From assembly GCA_030390025.1 (NCBI GenBank), contig CM059432.1, forward strand, positions 146,136,001-146,200,000: a stretch of 64,000 bases of DNA. The letters run 5' to 3'. How positions within the stretch are numbered: the first letter of the stretch is position 1; each line of letters begins with the position of its first letter. Position numbers and translations under genes: made by a program. Below are positions 13,323 to 26,537 of the stretch, piece after piece. Source of the DNA: Squalus acanthias. Taxonomy: Eukaryota. Below the pieces are notes generated by a model that saw nothing but the letters and a program-made list of their open reading frames with translations, was not told the DNA's origin and did not search any database.

Positions 13323-13329
13323 GATGCTC

Positions 13330-14440
13330 CGTGACAGAGGGATGGTATGATGGGGAGGTAGTGAGCAATGGGGACCTGGGGTTTAATTCACTGCAATTGA
13401 AGTCTGATGAGGCGTTCACAGACAGCCCGTCTGGAACGGGGATTTGCTGCTTCCTCCTTCCTCCCTCCTCTTCCCCCTCTCGCTCTTCCTCCTCCTCCTG
13501 AGGTGGTCCCACAATCCCTGGTGGCAAGGGCTGCGTCCTCATGATGGCCAATTAGTGGAGCATGCAGCAGACCACCATGAAATGGGACACCCGCTCCTGG
13601 TCTGCTCGATGATGTTCCTGGTGCCAGCATGGCTGTCATTATATGAGCGCTGGTCACAAGTGGTGGGGCTGCAGAGGGGAGTCATCAGCCAGGTGCAGAG
13701 TAGATAGCCCGTGTCTCTGAGCAGCCACTCTCAGGTTTGACGTGGTGGCTGGAAGATTGCTGTCACACCGGACTGGTGCAGGATGAAGGTATCATGACTG
13801 CTGCCAGAATAGCGGGAATTCACCACCATGATGTGCTGGATGTGGTCGCACTACAACTGCACATTAAGTGAGTGGTCGCCTTTACGGTTACGGAACATCT
13901 CAGGATTGGTATACGGTGCCCGTGAAGCCACATGGGTGCAGTCGATGGCGCCCTGCACCATGGGGAAGCCCGCTATCCTGGCAAAGCCACATGCGCACTC
14001 GTCCTGCTTCTCTCTGTTCACGAGACGACAATGAAGTCCCTTCTCCCAGAGTAGAGCACCTCTGTGACCTCCCCGATGCAGCGATGGACGGCGAACTGGG
14101 AGATGTTAGCTATGTCTCCTGCTTCAGACTGGAAATTGAGGGCCACGGTGACCTTGAGGGCCACTGGGAGAGCTGTGGTCACCCTGCTCTGAGGCTGCAA
14201 GTCTTGTTGCAGGAGGCGGTAGAGTTCTGTGACCACCTCCTTGGTGAAGCCTCCTAATACACTGCTCCTCGCTTAGATGGAGGTAAGAGAAGTGCTCTCG
14301 AAAGACCCTAGGTGGGTAAGCCCACCTGCCCCTCTTCCTCCTCCCTCTGAGAGCATCTTCTCCTTTCTTCGCTGCCTCTGGTCCCTCTCCTGAAGATACT
14401 CGAGTGCAAAGGGGACTGCAAGTAGAGCCCCCATGAATGT
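13330..14440 (-). pseudogene. Harbinger (HARBI1-like DDE) transposase pseudogene
   Basis: ALPVALKVTVALNF, AGDIANISQFAVHRCIGEVTE, GFARIAGFPMVQGAIDCTHVA, SHDTFIL in broken frames. Confidence 0.8.
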
Positions 14441-17349
14441 GAGCAAGTGGTGTGATCAGAAGCCTTTAAATGAGAATGAAGGCGTTCTCCACTTGCAGCA
14501 ACTCTCCCCGTGACCTCAGGAACTTAAAATAATTTAGAATGCTCCGAAGAGTTGCAGAAACTTAGACAGAGCCAGTCAACCTGAGAAACCACGTCAGCTG
14601 CAAGTTGTTGGTGATGATCCCTTTAAATAGCACTGCTGGGGGTTCCTTCCTGCTGCTGAATGGTTGGTCAGCTGGTCATGAATAAGAGAGGGCGGTAACT
14701 TCGAAAATGGCAGATGTGCGTCAAATGAGCATTGCACACTCATTGACGTCGTAATCTGCTTAATCTCCATTTCTGCAGCGAGCACAGGCGACTGCAGCGC
14801 TGCTGACCTGCCCAAAATGGCGGCCGCCACGGGACCAGCCGGAAGCGGGCGGAAATGAATCGGCTCCCATTTTTTCTTCAAAACAGACCTTAATATCTGG
14901 CGCTAAACCCCAAATTTCTTGGTCTGAGCCTTTTGTATATGCAAATCGGGGGGCCTTATCCTTGTTTGATTCTCCCTTTGCAAAATACCTCTGCTGAAGC
15001 CACACGGGATGCACGATGTAGAACATGCTGGAAGCGTAAGTTGAAGAAATTGTAAATTCACCAAGGGTATGACAAAATGTTGTTGTTAAGTTTCCTTCTT
15101 TTTTTAAGAACGCCACATAAAATTTAACAACTTGCACCACTTCCATGTCTTGCATCCCAAGGGCTAACTCGCCCTTTCACTTGTTTCACGATGACTATCA
15201 ATACATGCGGGGCCCACTGGGCAGATGTCCAAAGGGTGGATGAGTGGTTAAAGGACTGTTTAGTACAAAGGGGAGGGTGGTGGGGGGGGGGCGTTTTGGT
15301 GCAGGTGGTGGGAGTGGACTGTGGGATTTTATTTGTTATGTTTCACACTAGGTGAACCTTCGCAATAGGAGGGCACCTTGGGGCAGCAATGTAAGCGGCT
15401 GGTCTGATGGTGGGTACCCCATCTTCATCCTCCTGCTCATCTCATCCTCTATGTCCTCCCGATCCGAAGGTGAGCGATGAACCCCTTTGTCCTCCACCAC
15501 CTGCAAACCTCCCTCCTGTGGACCTCTCAGAGGCCTGTGTACGTGCTGATCCCACCACAGCACCTCGTCGCTGCCGTGGGTGGTGATGGACCTCCTCTTC
15601 TGATGTGCTGTCAGACACATCCAAGGCGCCTCCCCCATCCTGATCTTGTTCATCTGAAATCCTCAAAGGTTGGAAAAAACGCTGCATCCGCACAAGCGCT
15701 CTCTGCCTGACATTTGCCACAGGGAACTGAGACAGCATCTGCAATAAGTGAGCTTTTATTCAGATGGGACAATGACAAGTTTAAATACCCACCTGAGCAG
15801 CTGCTCAAGCTCGCCTCTGTTTCCCTTGTCAGTTCCCCGAGCCTGGGAAACACGGCTTGCTCAAGTAAAATTTGGAGCCAAGTTAAAAACAATTTAAAAA
15901 TACCTCATTAACGTACCCTAAGGACATTAATTATGCCAATAAGTACCCGCCCCCATCCAATTAAGAAATCTCTGGTTTTGGCGAGTAGGTTTCTCGTCGG
16001 CATCCATATTGTGTAAAACCCGGAAGTGGCCGCATTGGAGACAGGTTGTGCTCCCGCTCCAAAAATCAATAATTTTTGCCCACCACCCAGTCCCAACCCA
16101 CCCATTCTTGGGGGTTAAAATTGCTCCCTTAGAGTGAGAGTAAGAGGCAGATAGCCAGTGTCTTTCCTCATTCTAATTTGACATTAAGAAATCAAATACC
16201 TTAAATTCTGAAAGCAAACAAATCCTTTCTGAAGGAAATAGAAAGGGAGGAAAGGAAGAAGGAGGAAAAAAGAGAGATGGTAAGAGGCAACGGACTGAGG
16301 GTGAGGGAGTCGCACATCTTGCCACTCACCCTTGGGGAGAGCGGGTCGGAAGGGGGGATTAATGGATGCAGGGTTAAGGAGGGAAGGATATATGAGTTGA
16401 GTGGGTAGTTTGACGGGAAATAGGTAGAACTAGTAATGGAGTGAGCAATTGGTAGGAAATGGAGGCGATAATAGGAAAGTGAAGGGGTAGGGAATGCATG
16501 AATAATTGGGCAAAGGAATGGGCAAAGGGAAGGCCACATTTTACCCCTTCCCCTATCCAAAAATGCACTCTGCAACCATTGGTGGCTCCTTTCCAGGCCA
16601 CACCATGCCAGACCAACCTTTACCTTCCATCCAAAAGAAAGGGAAAAATCAGAAAGAGAAGGACATAAGGCGAGACAGAGAGAAAAAGCAATATAAAGAT
16701 ATCAGAAACAGGTAACAGAGGTAACCATATTTTCCAAATTACTGTGCTCCATGCCACAGGAGATTAATTAGTATTTTAAGAATATGTGCTGATAAATAAG
16801 CAGCATTTATGCCAGAACTAACAGAATAATTACTAAAGTTAAACACAAATGAGGAAATTTTAATTCAGTTCACCCAGTGGAAACAGGGTGGTAGCAGAAT
16901 CAAAACTGAGGTGGTCGACTTGCTGTTCCCGTTTCACCACCAATTTAACTCGGGCCATCCACTAGGATGCCTGAGTCAGGTAGGAGCCTCATTAATGCAA
17001 ATAGGGGTCCAATGACGTACATAAGACCTCAATGCAACTTCAAGGGCCTACTGGGTGGATTACGATCTGTGGACGCGCTGCTCAGTATAACCTGGTGGTC
17101 AGGAGAAAGTGGCCACAAATGTCTAAAATTATATTTGTGGGGCCAGGACTTCCCAAAAATAATGTGAGCTGCTGCGACCTTAGGCTCCCCCTAGCCCCCC
17201 CAACCCGCCCCTCCAGCCCAACCTTTCTGCTAGCTGACGAGGCATCCAAGCTGTCCAATATTACGTCGGCCCACAGCCAGTGAGCTGCAGTATTCAGGAC
17301 ATGCACCTCGCCAGCAGCAGGAGGCCCAGACCTCAAAATGACTCAGGAT

Positions 17350-18048
17350 TCATAGAAACATAGAAACATAGGAGCAGGAGTAGGCCATTCGGCCCCTCGA
17401 GCCTGTTCCGCCATTTAATGAGATCATGGCTGATCATCCACATTCAGTACCCTGTCCCTGCTTTCTCCCCATATCCCTTGATCCCTTTAGCCTTAAGAAA
17501 TATATCTATCTCCTTCTTGAATATATTTAATGAATTGGCCTCAACTGCCTTCTGTGGTTGAGAATTCCACAGGTTCACCACTCTCTGGGTGCAGAAATTC
17601 CTCCTCATCTCAGTCTTAAATGGCTTACCCAGTATCCTTAGACTGTGACCCCTGGTTCTGGACTCCCCCGCCATCGGGAACATCCTTCCTGCATCTAGTC
17701 TGTCTAGTCCTGTTAGAATTTTATAAGTTTCAATGAGATCCCCTCTCATTCTTCTAAACTCTAGCGAATATAAGCCTAATCGACCCAATCTCTCTTCATA
17801 CATCATTCCTGCCATCCCAGGTATCAGTCTGGTGAATCTTCGCTGCACTCCCTCCATGGCAAGAACATCCTTCCTCAGATAAGGTGGCCAAAACTGCACA
17901 CAATACTCAAGGTGTGGTCTCACCAAGGCCCTGTACAACTGCAGCAAGACATTCTTGCTCCTGTACTCGAATCCTCTTGCTATGAAGGCCAACATACCAT
18001 TTGCCTTGTTAACCGCCTGCTGCACCTGCATGCTTACCTTCAGCGACT
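17350..18048 (-). mobile_element. 5'-truncated CR1-type LINE, young (195-codon open ORF2 C-terminus)
   Basis: [24 protein letters not shown]...RMRGDLIETYKIL...VVNLWNS. Tail of CATAGAAA repeats. Nearly identical to 56825-57283. Confidence 0.9.
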
Positions 18049-18511
18049 AACGGAGGGATCAGGCAGTCGGCCCGCAGTTAAAATCTACCCCAGTATCTGT
18101 TTGAACGCCAAAGAGTAAAATTGCCAGGTGGCGTTAGATGCCCTGATATTGCAGTTGCAAAATGTCTTTCATGTTAGAATTCCCATGATGAAAATGTACA
18201 TATTATTTGTTTTTAAAAGCATAAAATAAAAGTGTACTTTTTTAACTCTATATTTATCCTAACATAATACACAATGGAGTACTGTGAAATACACAGTTTA
18301 TTCCACTAAATTTGTCTTTTTGTGGCGTAAGTCACTTTGAAAATTCTGTATTTAGTCCTACAAGCTTTGTAACCATATGAATGTTCAAAAAGGTTCATAC
18401 AAAGCACATTTAAAGCTGTCTGCTTATGTATGGACACAAAAAAATGCTTTTAGTGATGTTTCAAGTGGAGAATAGTCTTACCAAAATGGAGGGAAGGATA
18501 TAAAATATTAT

Positions 18512-19391
18512 GGGGGAAAAATTCAGTTGGTTGCGCCTCCCGTTAGCGCCTTAAGAGGGCGCTAATGGGGCGCAAAGCATCTAGCGCCCAGGCGCGGCGA
18601 TGTTTGCGCCGCTCGCGAAATTAACTAGACATTTTGCGGCGGCGCTAAACACCACCGCCATGATCTCCTGCGCCGGCAGATCATGACGTCAGTCGAGTGC
18701 GTAACGCCCCGGAGCGGATATTGAGTGGCGCCCCCTGCCTTACCACCTGACGCTAGCAACGACAGGTTGAGGGGAGCGTTTTGCAGTCAGGGACTGGGGG
18801 AGCGCTATTTAAAGGCGACCGCTTCCTGCCTTTTATTGTTGGTGCCATTTTTGAACCACGCATTCTGAGAGAGAGAGAGAGAGAGAGACTTCTGGAGAGA
18901 TTCAACGTTGTGTGAAGGAGTTTTGGGTACTGAGCAGCACTTTGCAGGTTCATTTTGATTTGCCCTTCCTTGTATCGATTTAGAAGAGACTGTGGGGGCT
19001 GCACTCTGAGCTCTTTCCCTGGTACTCTCCATTGTTCTTTCCAGCAGATTTGATGTGCAGGTCTCTCCAGGCCGAGATTCAAGGCTGCAATGAGCAGGAT
19101 GTGGATGGAAAGCAAGATCAACCATCCCCTTTAAGAACTGGCCCGTGCCATTGTGTGTGTGTTCCATTGCTGACTGGCATCACATGAGCTTCGCCAGCGC
19201 TCTGAGGTAGCGCCTCGCTCCTCGGCCTTTGCGCCTTAAGACAGGTGTGAAGCGCTTGATTTAGCGCTCCAATCACCTCCAGGGGCGATAAAAGTCAAGT
19301 TTGCAGTCGGTGGCGATAATTAGCGCTAGGCGCTAATCTTTGCGCCCGGCCGATAATTGCGCCCCAAATGGGGCGATACTGAATTTCTCCC
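18512..19391. mobile_element. Harbinger-type MITE, copy 2
   Basis: TIRs GGGGGAAAAATTCA / TGAATTTCTCCC; closely similar to 25177-26071. TSD ambiguous. Confidence 0.85.
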
Positions 19392-19759
19392 ATGTGTCTT
19401 ATTTAGTTATTTCATTTTTTTCTCCTAGATTTTAGTATTTTATAAATCAATCAACTCCTTCACTGATCACTTGGAAAACCACAGCAGCTTTTACATGTGA
19501 TAATGGGCCGGAGTTTGCTGTGAGCGGCGAATGAATGGCGCGAGCCGTTCATTAGACTAACACTTGCCATTGACTTTCCATGGGTTTTTGCATGGTAAGT
19601 TGCTGTCAGCAGAATATCCAAAGAGCATGACACCCTCTACAGGGCATCTGGAACCTGTGTGAAGAGGGCAACCAACAGAGTATCTCCTTAACCCATCAGA
19701 ATGAAGAATCGTAATGAGCAGTGCAGGGTCTGAACCAGAAAGTGTAAGTTAGAATAATT

Positions 19760-20408
19760 ACATAGAATATACAGCACAGAAACAGGCCAACCAGTCCACG
19801 TGCTTATGCTCCACTCAAGCCTCCTCCCATCCTTCCTCATCTAACTCGATCAGCATAACCCTCTATTCCCTTCCCCCTCATATGCTTATCTAGCTTCCCC
19901 TTAAATGTATCTAGTAATATGTGACCTCCTTATTTTTCTTCCCAAAATGTAATACCTCACACTTATCTGTGTTGAAATTAATTTGTCAATTATATGCCCA
20001 TCCTTCAAGTTATTAATATCTTTTTGTAATATGTTGCAGTCCTCCTCAGGGTTGACTATCCCTCCCAATTTGGTGTCATCCGTAAATTTAGAAATTGTGT
20101 TTTTGATTCTAAAATCTAAATCGTTCATATAAATTGTGAACAATAGTGGTCCCAACACTGATCCATGTGGGACCCCACTTCCCACCTTCTGTCACTCTGA
20201 ATAGCTATCCTTCACCCCTACTCTCAGCTTTCTGTCTTTCAGTCAGCTAGCTGTCCATTCTGATAATTGTCTCCTGACACTGTATGTTCTCACCTTATTC
20301 ATTAGTCTATTATGTGGTACCATATTAAAGGTCTTTTGGAAATCTAGATATATTACATCTACTGCATTATCCTGGTCCACTCTCTCTCTGTTACCTCTTC
20401 AAAGAATT
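19760..20408 (-). mobile_element. Internally deleted CR1-type LINE fragment
   Basis: GSGVPHGSVLGPLLFTIYMNDLD...ISKFTDDTKLGG. Same subfamily as 61665-63650. Confidence 0.85.
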
Positions 20409-20717
20409 ATAAATTCAATGTGAAATCAGGTGCAGAAAGTGAAATAAAGGGCTGGATTTTCCGCCCGGAGGCGGGATGGTGTCGGGTTCGCTGTTCTGCC
20501 GGTTCTGGTCCCATTACGGTTACAGCCGCCCTCCATGAATGATTTTCCCGAGATTGGCCTCATTAAGGGCGACGTGCGTGCTAACCGGCCCAATTGGTGG
20601 GTGCGTGTCGGCTGCTCGCGTTTGATGACGCGCTCGGAGCCTGTATATTTAAGGGGGCCATGTCCCCTTTGATTTTCACTTACTTTCTTCTGCTTCCGAA
20701 TGCTGGTTGCTGCAGGC

Positions 20718-22621
20718 ATGGCAGCTCAACGGTCCAAGGCTGCTCCCCAGTTTGATGATGACTCCCTCCATGCTCTTGTGGAGGGAGTAAGAGGATGCAA
20801 GGAGGACCTCTTCCCTTCTGATGGACAGAGGAAGCCTCCTCAGCACACAAAGGCAGCCTGGCTGCAAATTGCTGAGGAGGTCAGTGCACGGTCGGTCTGT
20901 ACACGCACCTGGGTGCAGTGTAGGACGAGGTTGAATGATCTGCTGCGCTCAGCAAAAGTGAGTATAACATCACACTTACCTTCAATCTGCTTCCCATCTC
21001 TTCTCATCCCCATCACTCTGCATTGGCAACCTACTCCTGCACATCCCAACTTACCCTAACATCTCTCACACCCTCACCCATCCCTCTCTCTCTCTATGTA
21101 CAGAATCACTTCACCATCCTACTATGCACCCCTCACACTCGATCTCACTGTTATGCAATGACAACAACTAACAACGCACAGGGAGGGACCTTGGTACTGG
21201 CATGTTTGTCTCCCTCTAAACATCTATGTTATCCATTCTTTATACTCACTCCATCAATCTCGCTGAAACTACACTTGTGACCCTCATTGTAGGAAAAGAG
21301 AGACCACAATAAGAGGGAGAGGGGGAGGACAGGAGGAGGCCCACCATCTGTGGCGCATCTAACGAACACTGAGGAGGCAGCTCTGGAGATCGTCGGAGGT
21401 GGCAAGGAGCTGGAAGTGGGGGATGGAGAGATGGGCCCAGTACAGCAAGCTGGTGACAGAATTGATTTGCAACCCTGTGATTTTGCTTTCATGAGTGACT
21501 GATTTGGCATCTGATGCTCATAGAAATTGAGTTCCGATCTGCACAATGGGATGTGTCTGCTACTTAAATATCACATGTCTAGCTCATGCCTTTACTCCCC
21601 CACAGGACCATCAAGAGCCCCCCTCCCCACTGTCCATGAGGAAGAGCCGGACAACTCCTCAGAGGAACCTGCAGCCTCTGAGGGAGCAGCATCAGCAGAA
21701 ATGAGCGCACCCAGCACCAGCGCAGAGACACACACCTCGGTGGGTATAATGCGAGATAGAGTAGTGTTGTCACCTGGTGTATCACAAGTCACAAGTGAGC
21801 ATCAGCAGATGGTGGAGACAGGGACAGCAGTGGAGAGTCCTCATCGGAGGGCGTGGGATGCTCCTAGCTCTGCTCAGCTGCATGTAGACACTATGCCTCT
21901 GGGGCCATCCAGAAAGAGAGCGGTGCTGGAACTTCAGGAACAAGTGCAGGAGGCTCTGACTGGGTTTGCAACCACGGTAACTGCAAGTGTGCAGAGAATG
22001 GAGGAGTCCATGTCAAACATGAGCAATGCCGTGGTGCACGCATTGGCGAATGTAGGTTCCGCCATGGAGAGGATGGCAACCTCCATGGAGGACAGAAATC
22101 GCCAGACTCAGGAGAACATGGTAACAATTCTAAATAGATGGTCAGCTATGGAGGATAGATGGGCATCTATTGAGGAGAGAAACCAGAGGTTCATGGACGT
22201 CCTTATTATGAGGAATGTCAGCACAGAAATGGGTCCTCGTGGCCCCACTGATGTGCAGCAAGGTGCTCTGCAGCTACTTGCTAGCAGTGAAGTGTGGGTG
22301 ACCCATGAGAGGGATGGTGGTGGTTGACAACAAGGAAGTGGAGACTCCTCTCCAAGTGCTCACACTCCCATGCCACTGCGGAGCCCTTGGTCAGAGCCCC
22401 AGATGCATCACCCAACTGAGATGGCCATCTCTGCCCCTGCACAGCCGCAGGAGGAACAGACTGTTGCGGAGCTCTCCAAGGCTTCCAACCCCAGAGGACG
22501 ACCGCCAAAGGCGTCTAAGCAGGCACAGCAGGGAAGTGAGCATGCTGCATCTGCATCTGCTGAAGCCACAGGGGAAGCACCACGTAGAAGCACACATAAG
22601 AGAAAGCTAAAACACAAATAG
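20718..22621 (+). pseudogene. Harbinger Myb/SANT-like (MSANTD-type) DNA-binding protein gene, 3 exons (20718-20957, 21293-21452, 21606-22621; about 471 aa) with one in-frame TGA at 22325-27
   Basis: MAAQRSKAAPQFDDDSLHALVEGV...AWLQIAEEV...RTWVQCRTRLNDL (trihelix Myb/SANT), then ERGRTGGGPP. GT-AG junctions keep frame. The frame continues past the TGA to a basic tail RRSTHKRKLKHK*. Confidence 0.8.
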
Positions 22622-22904
22622 TCACAAGGGTAGTCACTTGGGTGATTTCATATTATACCAATTTACGTTTGTGATCTTTATTTCTAGTGTATTAAAGTAA
22701 TGCGGTCAATGATTCAATGCGTTGCCCTATGTGTGCTCAGAATTGGAAGTGGCACAGTGAGGGGTGAGGGCGCCTTTCATCTGCAGTGATGGTGGGAGAG
22801 TGATAGGAATGCACAGGTCATTGTACAGATGCTGTATTGTGTGGAATGGAGGTCCTGCCAACCTTCATGTGCATGTGCCAGCCACATGTCTGTGCTGCGT
22901 AAAG

Positions 22905-24149
22905 TTACGCGAATCTGGCATAGATTAGTCCATCCCTTGCCTCACTGCCAGCAATGAGCTCGCGTGCTGGTAGCAATGGTACAGCCGCCTCCGCCAGGTG
23001 TTCCTCATCTGCAGCCTTATTCGGCTCTTCCTCCTCCTTCTCCTCCTCTGAGGAGGCTGTGCACTGCATCACTTGTTCCTCAGGCAGCGGTAAAGCACAC
23101 TGCAGTGCGATGTTGTGCAGGGCACAGCAGACCACAATGATTCTGGACACCCTGGCTGGTGCATACTGCAGGGCTCCACCAGATCTGTCCAGGCATCTGA
23201 AGCGCATTTTGAGCAAGCCTATGGTTTGCTCTATGATGCTTCTGGTGGAAATGTGACTCTCATTGTAACGCTCCTCAGCTTCGTTTGATGGCCTCCTCAT
23301 CGGTGTCATTAGCCATGTCTTCAGTGGATAGCCCTTGTCTCCAAGTAGCCATCCAGAAAGTTGGGTTGGCGGATTGAAGAGCTGAGGCACAGTGGACTGC
23401 CGCAGGATGTACGAGTCATGGCAGCTGCCAGGGAACTTTGCGCACATATGCATAATGTTCTTCCTGTGGTTACACACCAGCTGCATATTAAGGGAATGGA
23501 AGCCTTTGCGATTCACAAATACAGCTGGGTTGTGATGGGGTGCCCTGATGGCCACATGTGTGCAGTTGACGACACCTTGCACCCTTGGGAAGCCTGCCAT
23601 ATTGGCAAACCCAACTGCCTGCGCGGTAACACTTGCTTCATCTGTTGAGAAGTGGATGTAATTGACCGACTTGCCAAACAGGGCATCGGTAACTTGCGTT
23701 GTGCATCTGTGTGCGTCCGACTGGGAGATGCCACTGATGTCTGCTGCTGATCCCTGGAAGGACATTGATGCAAAGAAGTTAAGGGCGGTGGTGACTTTGT
23801 CAGCCACTGGTAAGGAGTGTCCACCCGCTCCTCTGGGCTCCTGGTCTTGGTGCAGCATTGAGCAGATGTCAGCGACTACCTCTCGCGAAAGTCTCAGCCT
23901 CCTTTGGCACTGCTGCTCATTCATGTTGAGGAAGCTCATCCTCTGCCTGTAAACCCTGTGTTGGGGGTATCTCCTGCGGCGCGGTGCAGCCCTGCACTGA
24001 TGGCCTCTGCCCTGTGCAGCATCAGGTGGCTGAGGAGAAGGTTGGCGCTCTTGTTGTTGGTGCTGCTGGTGAGCCTGGTTCTGCTGCTGCTGCGGCTGCT
24101 CGTCCTCCGAATCTGAGGACCAGGATGAGAGGGTATAAATGGTTCCCAT
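22905..24149 (-). CDS. Harbinger/HARBI1-like DDE transposase, 414 aa, uninterrupted but with the first catalytic Asp replaced by Asn
   Basis: GFPRVQGVV(N)[66 protein letters not shown]. Confidence 0.92.
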   Translation of the reverse strand: MGTIYTLSSWSSDSEDEQPQQQQNQAHQQHQQQERQPSPQPPDAAQGRGHQCRAAPRRRRYPQHRVYRQRMSFLNMNEQQCQRRLRLSREVVADICSMLHQDQEPRGAGGHSLPVADKVTTALNFFASMSFQGSAADISGISQSDAHRCTTQVTDALFGKSVNYIHFSTDEASVTAQAVGFANMAGFPRVQGVVNCTHVAIRAPHHNPAVFVNRKGFHSLNMQLVCNHRKNIMHMCAKFPGSCHDSYILRQSTVPQLFNPPTQLSGWLLGDKGYPLKTWLMTPMRRPSNEAEERYNESHISTRSIIEQTIGLLKMRFRCLDRSGGALQYAPARVSRIIVVCCALHNIALQCALPLPEEQVMQCTASSEEEKEEEEPNKAADEEHLAEAAVPLLPARELIAGSEARDGLIYARFA

Positions 24150-25176
24150 TCTGCTGGTATATATGGCAGTTGAGGATGAAATGTTATAAGCGCTCAGTCA
24201 ATGTGGAGAGAGGTTATTCCAAGGAGGTCACAGTGCATATAGATCTAACAGCACATACTTACAACCTCAATACACCCGAAATATGTCTTCCAAATCCTGA
24301 AATCAGAAAGTTTTGGCTTTTGAAATTCAACTAATGTGGCAGGTTAGCTTTAATGCTGCAGTTGCAACTGTGAACTATTCAGCTTGTTGGAACACCCGAC
24401 ACAATCAGCTGGCGTGTTTGTCGAACGCCGTGGAACACGGTGAAAATGTGTCAAAATTGAAAACCCCTCTGAAAATAGCATTAAACAGGTAGTTAACAAG
24501 CTTAACTGCCTCTCCTGCCGCTTGGTGTCGGGTCTGATCAGGAGTCGCAGACCCGACACTTTGGAAAGTCGCGTGGAGGCGGGTTCGCAACCCGCTGTCA
24601 ATCATTATGGATTTAACACCTGACCCGCCTCCAAACCCGCCCTCTGAGTGCCGGCGAAATCGCGGCCAAAGAGAGGGAAAGTAAGATTGCAGAAAAGAGA
24701 GTGATAAAAGAGAGCGAGAAAGTAAAAGAAGTTATTTAAATTCTTTCTGATTTGTAAATCTCCACCAATAATTAACATTAGAAGAAATGAGACTCCACAC
24801 TTGTTAAATTTAATTTTCGGTGCCAGAGAGGTTCTTTTACAGTAATTAAGACTTACCACGCCGTTAAAAGGGTGCTTAGACTGGAATGACTCAACTTAAC
24901 TTTTTTGTGGCGAGTTTAGTCCGCATCAACGACGCAAGTACAGGAACTTCATGCCATTTGAATGGGAGCCAGACGGTGAGATGATGCTTTCACGCAGCTT
25001 AGAGGAGTGGTGCAGCTCGGACAGCAACCTTCGGACTTTCGCATTTAACTGGGAATGAGCGCTTGTTGGAAGTTGCTGTCCAATTTTCGCATAAATAGCT
25101 GTTAGCCTCATCATTTTTTTCACAGCAAAATCTTCTGAATACTGATTGGTGGATTGGCATTTGAACTAAGGATCAA

Positions 25177-26071
25177 GGGGGAAAAATTCAGTTGGTTGCG
25201 CCTCCCGTTAGCGCCTTAAGAGGGCGGTAATGGGGCGCAAAGCGTCTAGCGCCCAGGCGCGGCGATGTTTGCGCCGCTCGCGAAATTAACTAGACATTTT
25301 GCGGCGACGCTAAACACTACCGCCACGATCTCCTGCGCCGGCAGATCGTGACGTCAGTCAAGTGCGCAACGCCCCGGTATCGCCCCGGAGCGGATATTGA
25401 GTGGCGCCCCCTGCCTTGCGGCCTGACGCTAGCAACGACAGTTTGAGTGGAGCGTTCTGCAGTCATGAAGGGAAAGGGGGAGCGCTATTTAAAGGTGACC
25501 GCTTCCTGCCTTTTATTGTTGGTGCCATTTTTGAACTACGCATTCTGAGAGAGAGAGAGAGAGAGACTTCTGGTGAGTTTCAACGTTGTGTGAAGGAGTT
25601 TTGGGTACTGAGCAGCACTTTGCAGGTTCATTTTGATTTGCCATTCCTTGTATCGATTTAGAAGAGATTGTGGGGGCTGCACTCTGAGCTCTTTGCCTGG
25701 TACTCTCCATTGTTCTTTCCAGCAGATTTGATGTGCAGGTCTCTCCAGGCCGAGATTCAAGGCTGCAATGAGCAGGATGTGGATGGAAAGCGAGATTAAC
25801 CATCCCCTTTAAGAACTGGCCCGTGCCATTGTGTGTGTGTTCCATTGCTGACTGACATTACATGAGCTTCGCCAGCGCTCTGAGGTAGTGCCTCGCTCCT
25901 CGGCCTTTGCACCTTAAGACAGGTGTGAAGCGCCTGATTTAGCGCTCCAATCACCTCCAGGGGCGATAAAAGTCAAGTTTGCAGTCGGTGGCAATAATTA
26001 GTGCCAGGCGCTAAGCTTTGCGCCCGGCCGATAATTGCGCCCCAAATGGGGCGATACTGAATTTCTCCCCC
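25177..26071. mobile_element. Harbinger-type MITE, copy 3 (895 bp)
   Basis: TIRs GGGGGAAAAATTCA / TGAATTTCTCCCCC; TSD CAA (25174-76, 26072-74). Confidence 0.88.
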
Positions 26072-26159
26072 CAAGTGTTATATTTACATAAATAATGTAT
26101 GTAAAAATCTATACTATAATGACTCAGCAAGATCTATGATGGTCAACGTTTTTTTTAAA

Positions 26160-26537
26160 ATTATTCGTTCCTGGGATGTGGGCGTCGCCGGCAAGGCCAG
26201 CATTTATTGCCCATTCCTAATTGCCCTTGAGAAGGTGGTGGTGAGCCGCCATTTCAGAGAGCAGTTAAGAGTCAACCACATTGCTGTGGGTCTGGAGTCA
26301 CAAATAGGCCAGACCGGGAAAGGACAGCAGATTTCCTTCCCTAAAGGACATTAGTGAACCAGGTGGGTTTTTACGACAATCCGGTAGTTTCATGGTCACC
26401 ATTACTGATACTAGCTTTTTTAAATTCCAGAATTAATTAATTAACTGAATTTAAATTCCCCAGCTGCCGTGGTGGGATTTGAACTCTTGCCTCCGGATCA
26501 TTAGTCCAGGCCTCTGGATTACTAGTCCAGTGACATT
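26160..26537 (-). mobile_element. tRNA-derived SINE (slightly 5'-truncated) with LINE-derived tail
   Basis: B-box-like GAGTTCAAATCCC on the minus strand. Same family as 34678-35064. Confidence 0.7.

Larger units (their letters stand above)
11135..14915. mobile_element. Degenerate two-gene PIF/Harbinger element (Myb-like gene 3' part on +, transposase on -), interrupted by a LINE
   Basis: Convergent gene remnants, as in the more intact element at 20449-24667. Confidence 0.65.
20449..24667. mobile_element. Full-length, near-intact PIF/Harbinger transposon (4219 bp) with convergent Myb/SANT-like and transposase genes
   Basis: Imperfect TIRs GGGCTGGATTTTCCGCC / GGCGAAATCGCGGCC; TSD AAA (20446-48, 24668-70). 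Two convergent genes. Confidence 0.9.

Noticed and set aside
22905..24149. Host gene HARBI1
   Set aside because: It lies between TIRs with a TSD and a convergent Myb partner, and related decayed copies are nearby. It is a transposon gene, not the domesticated locus.
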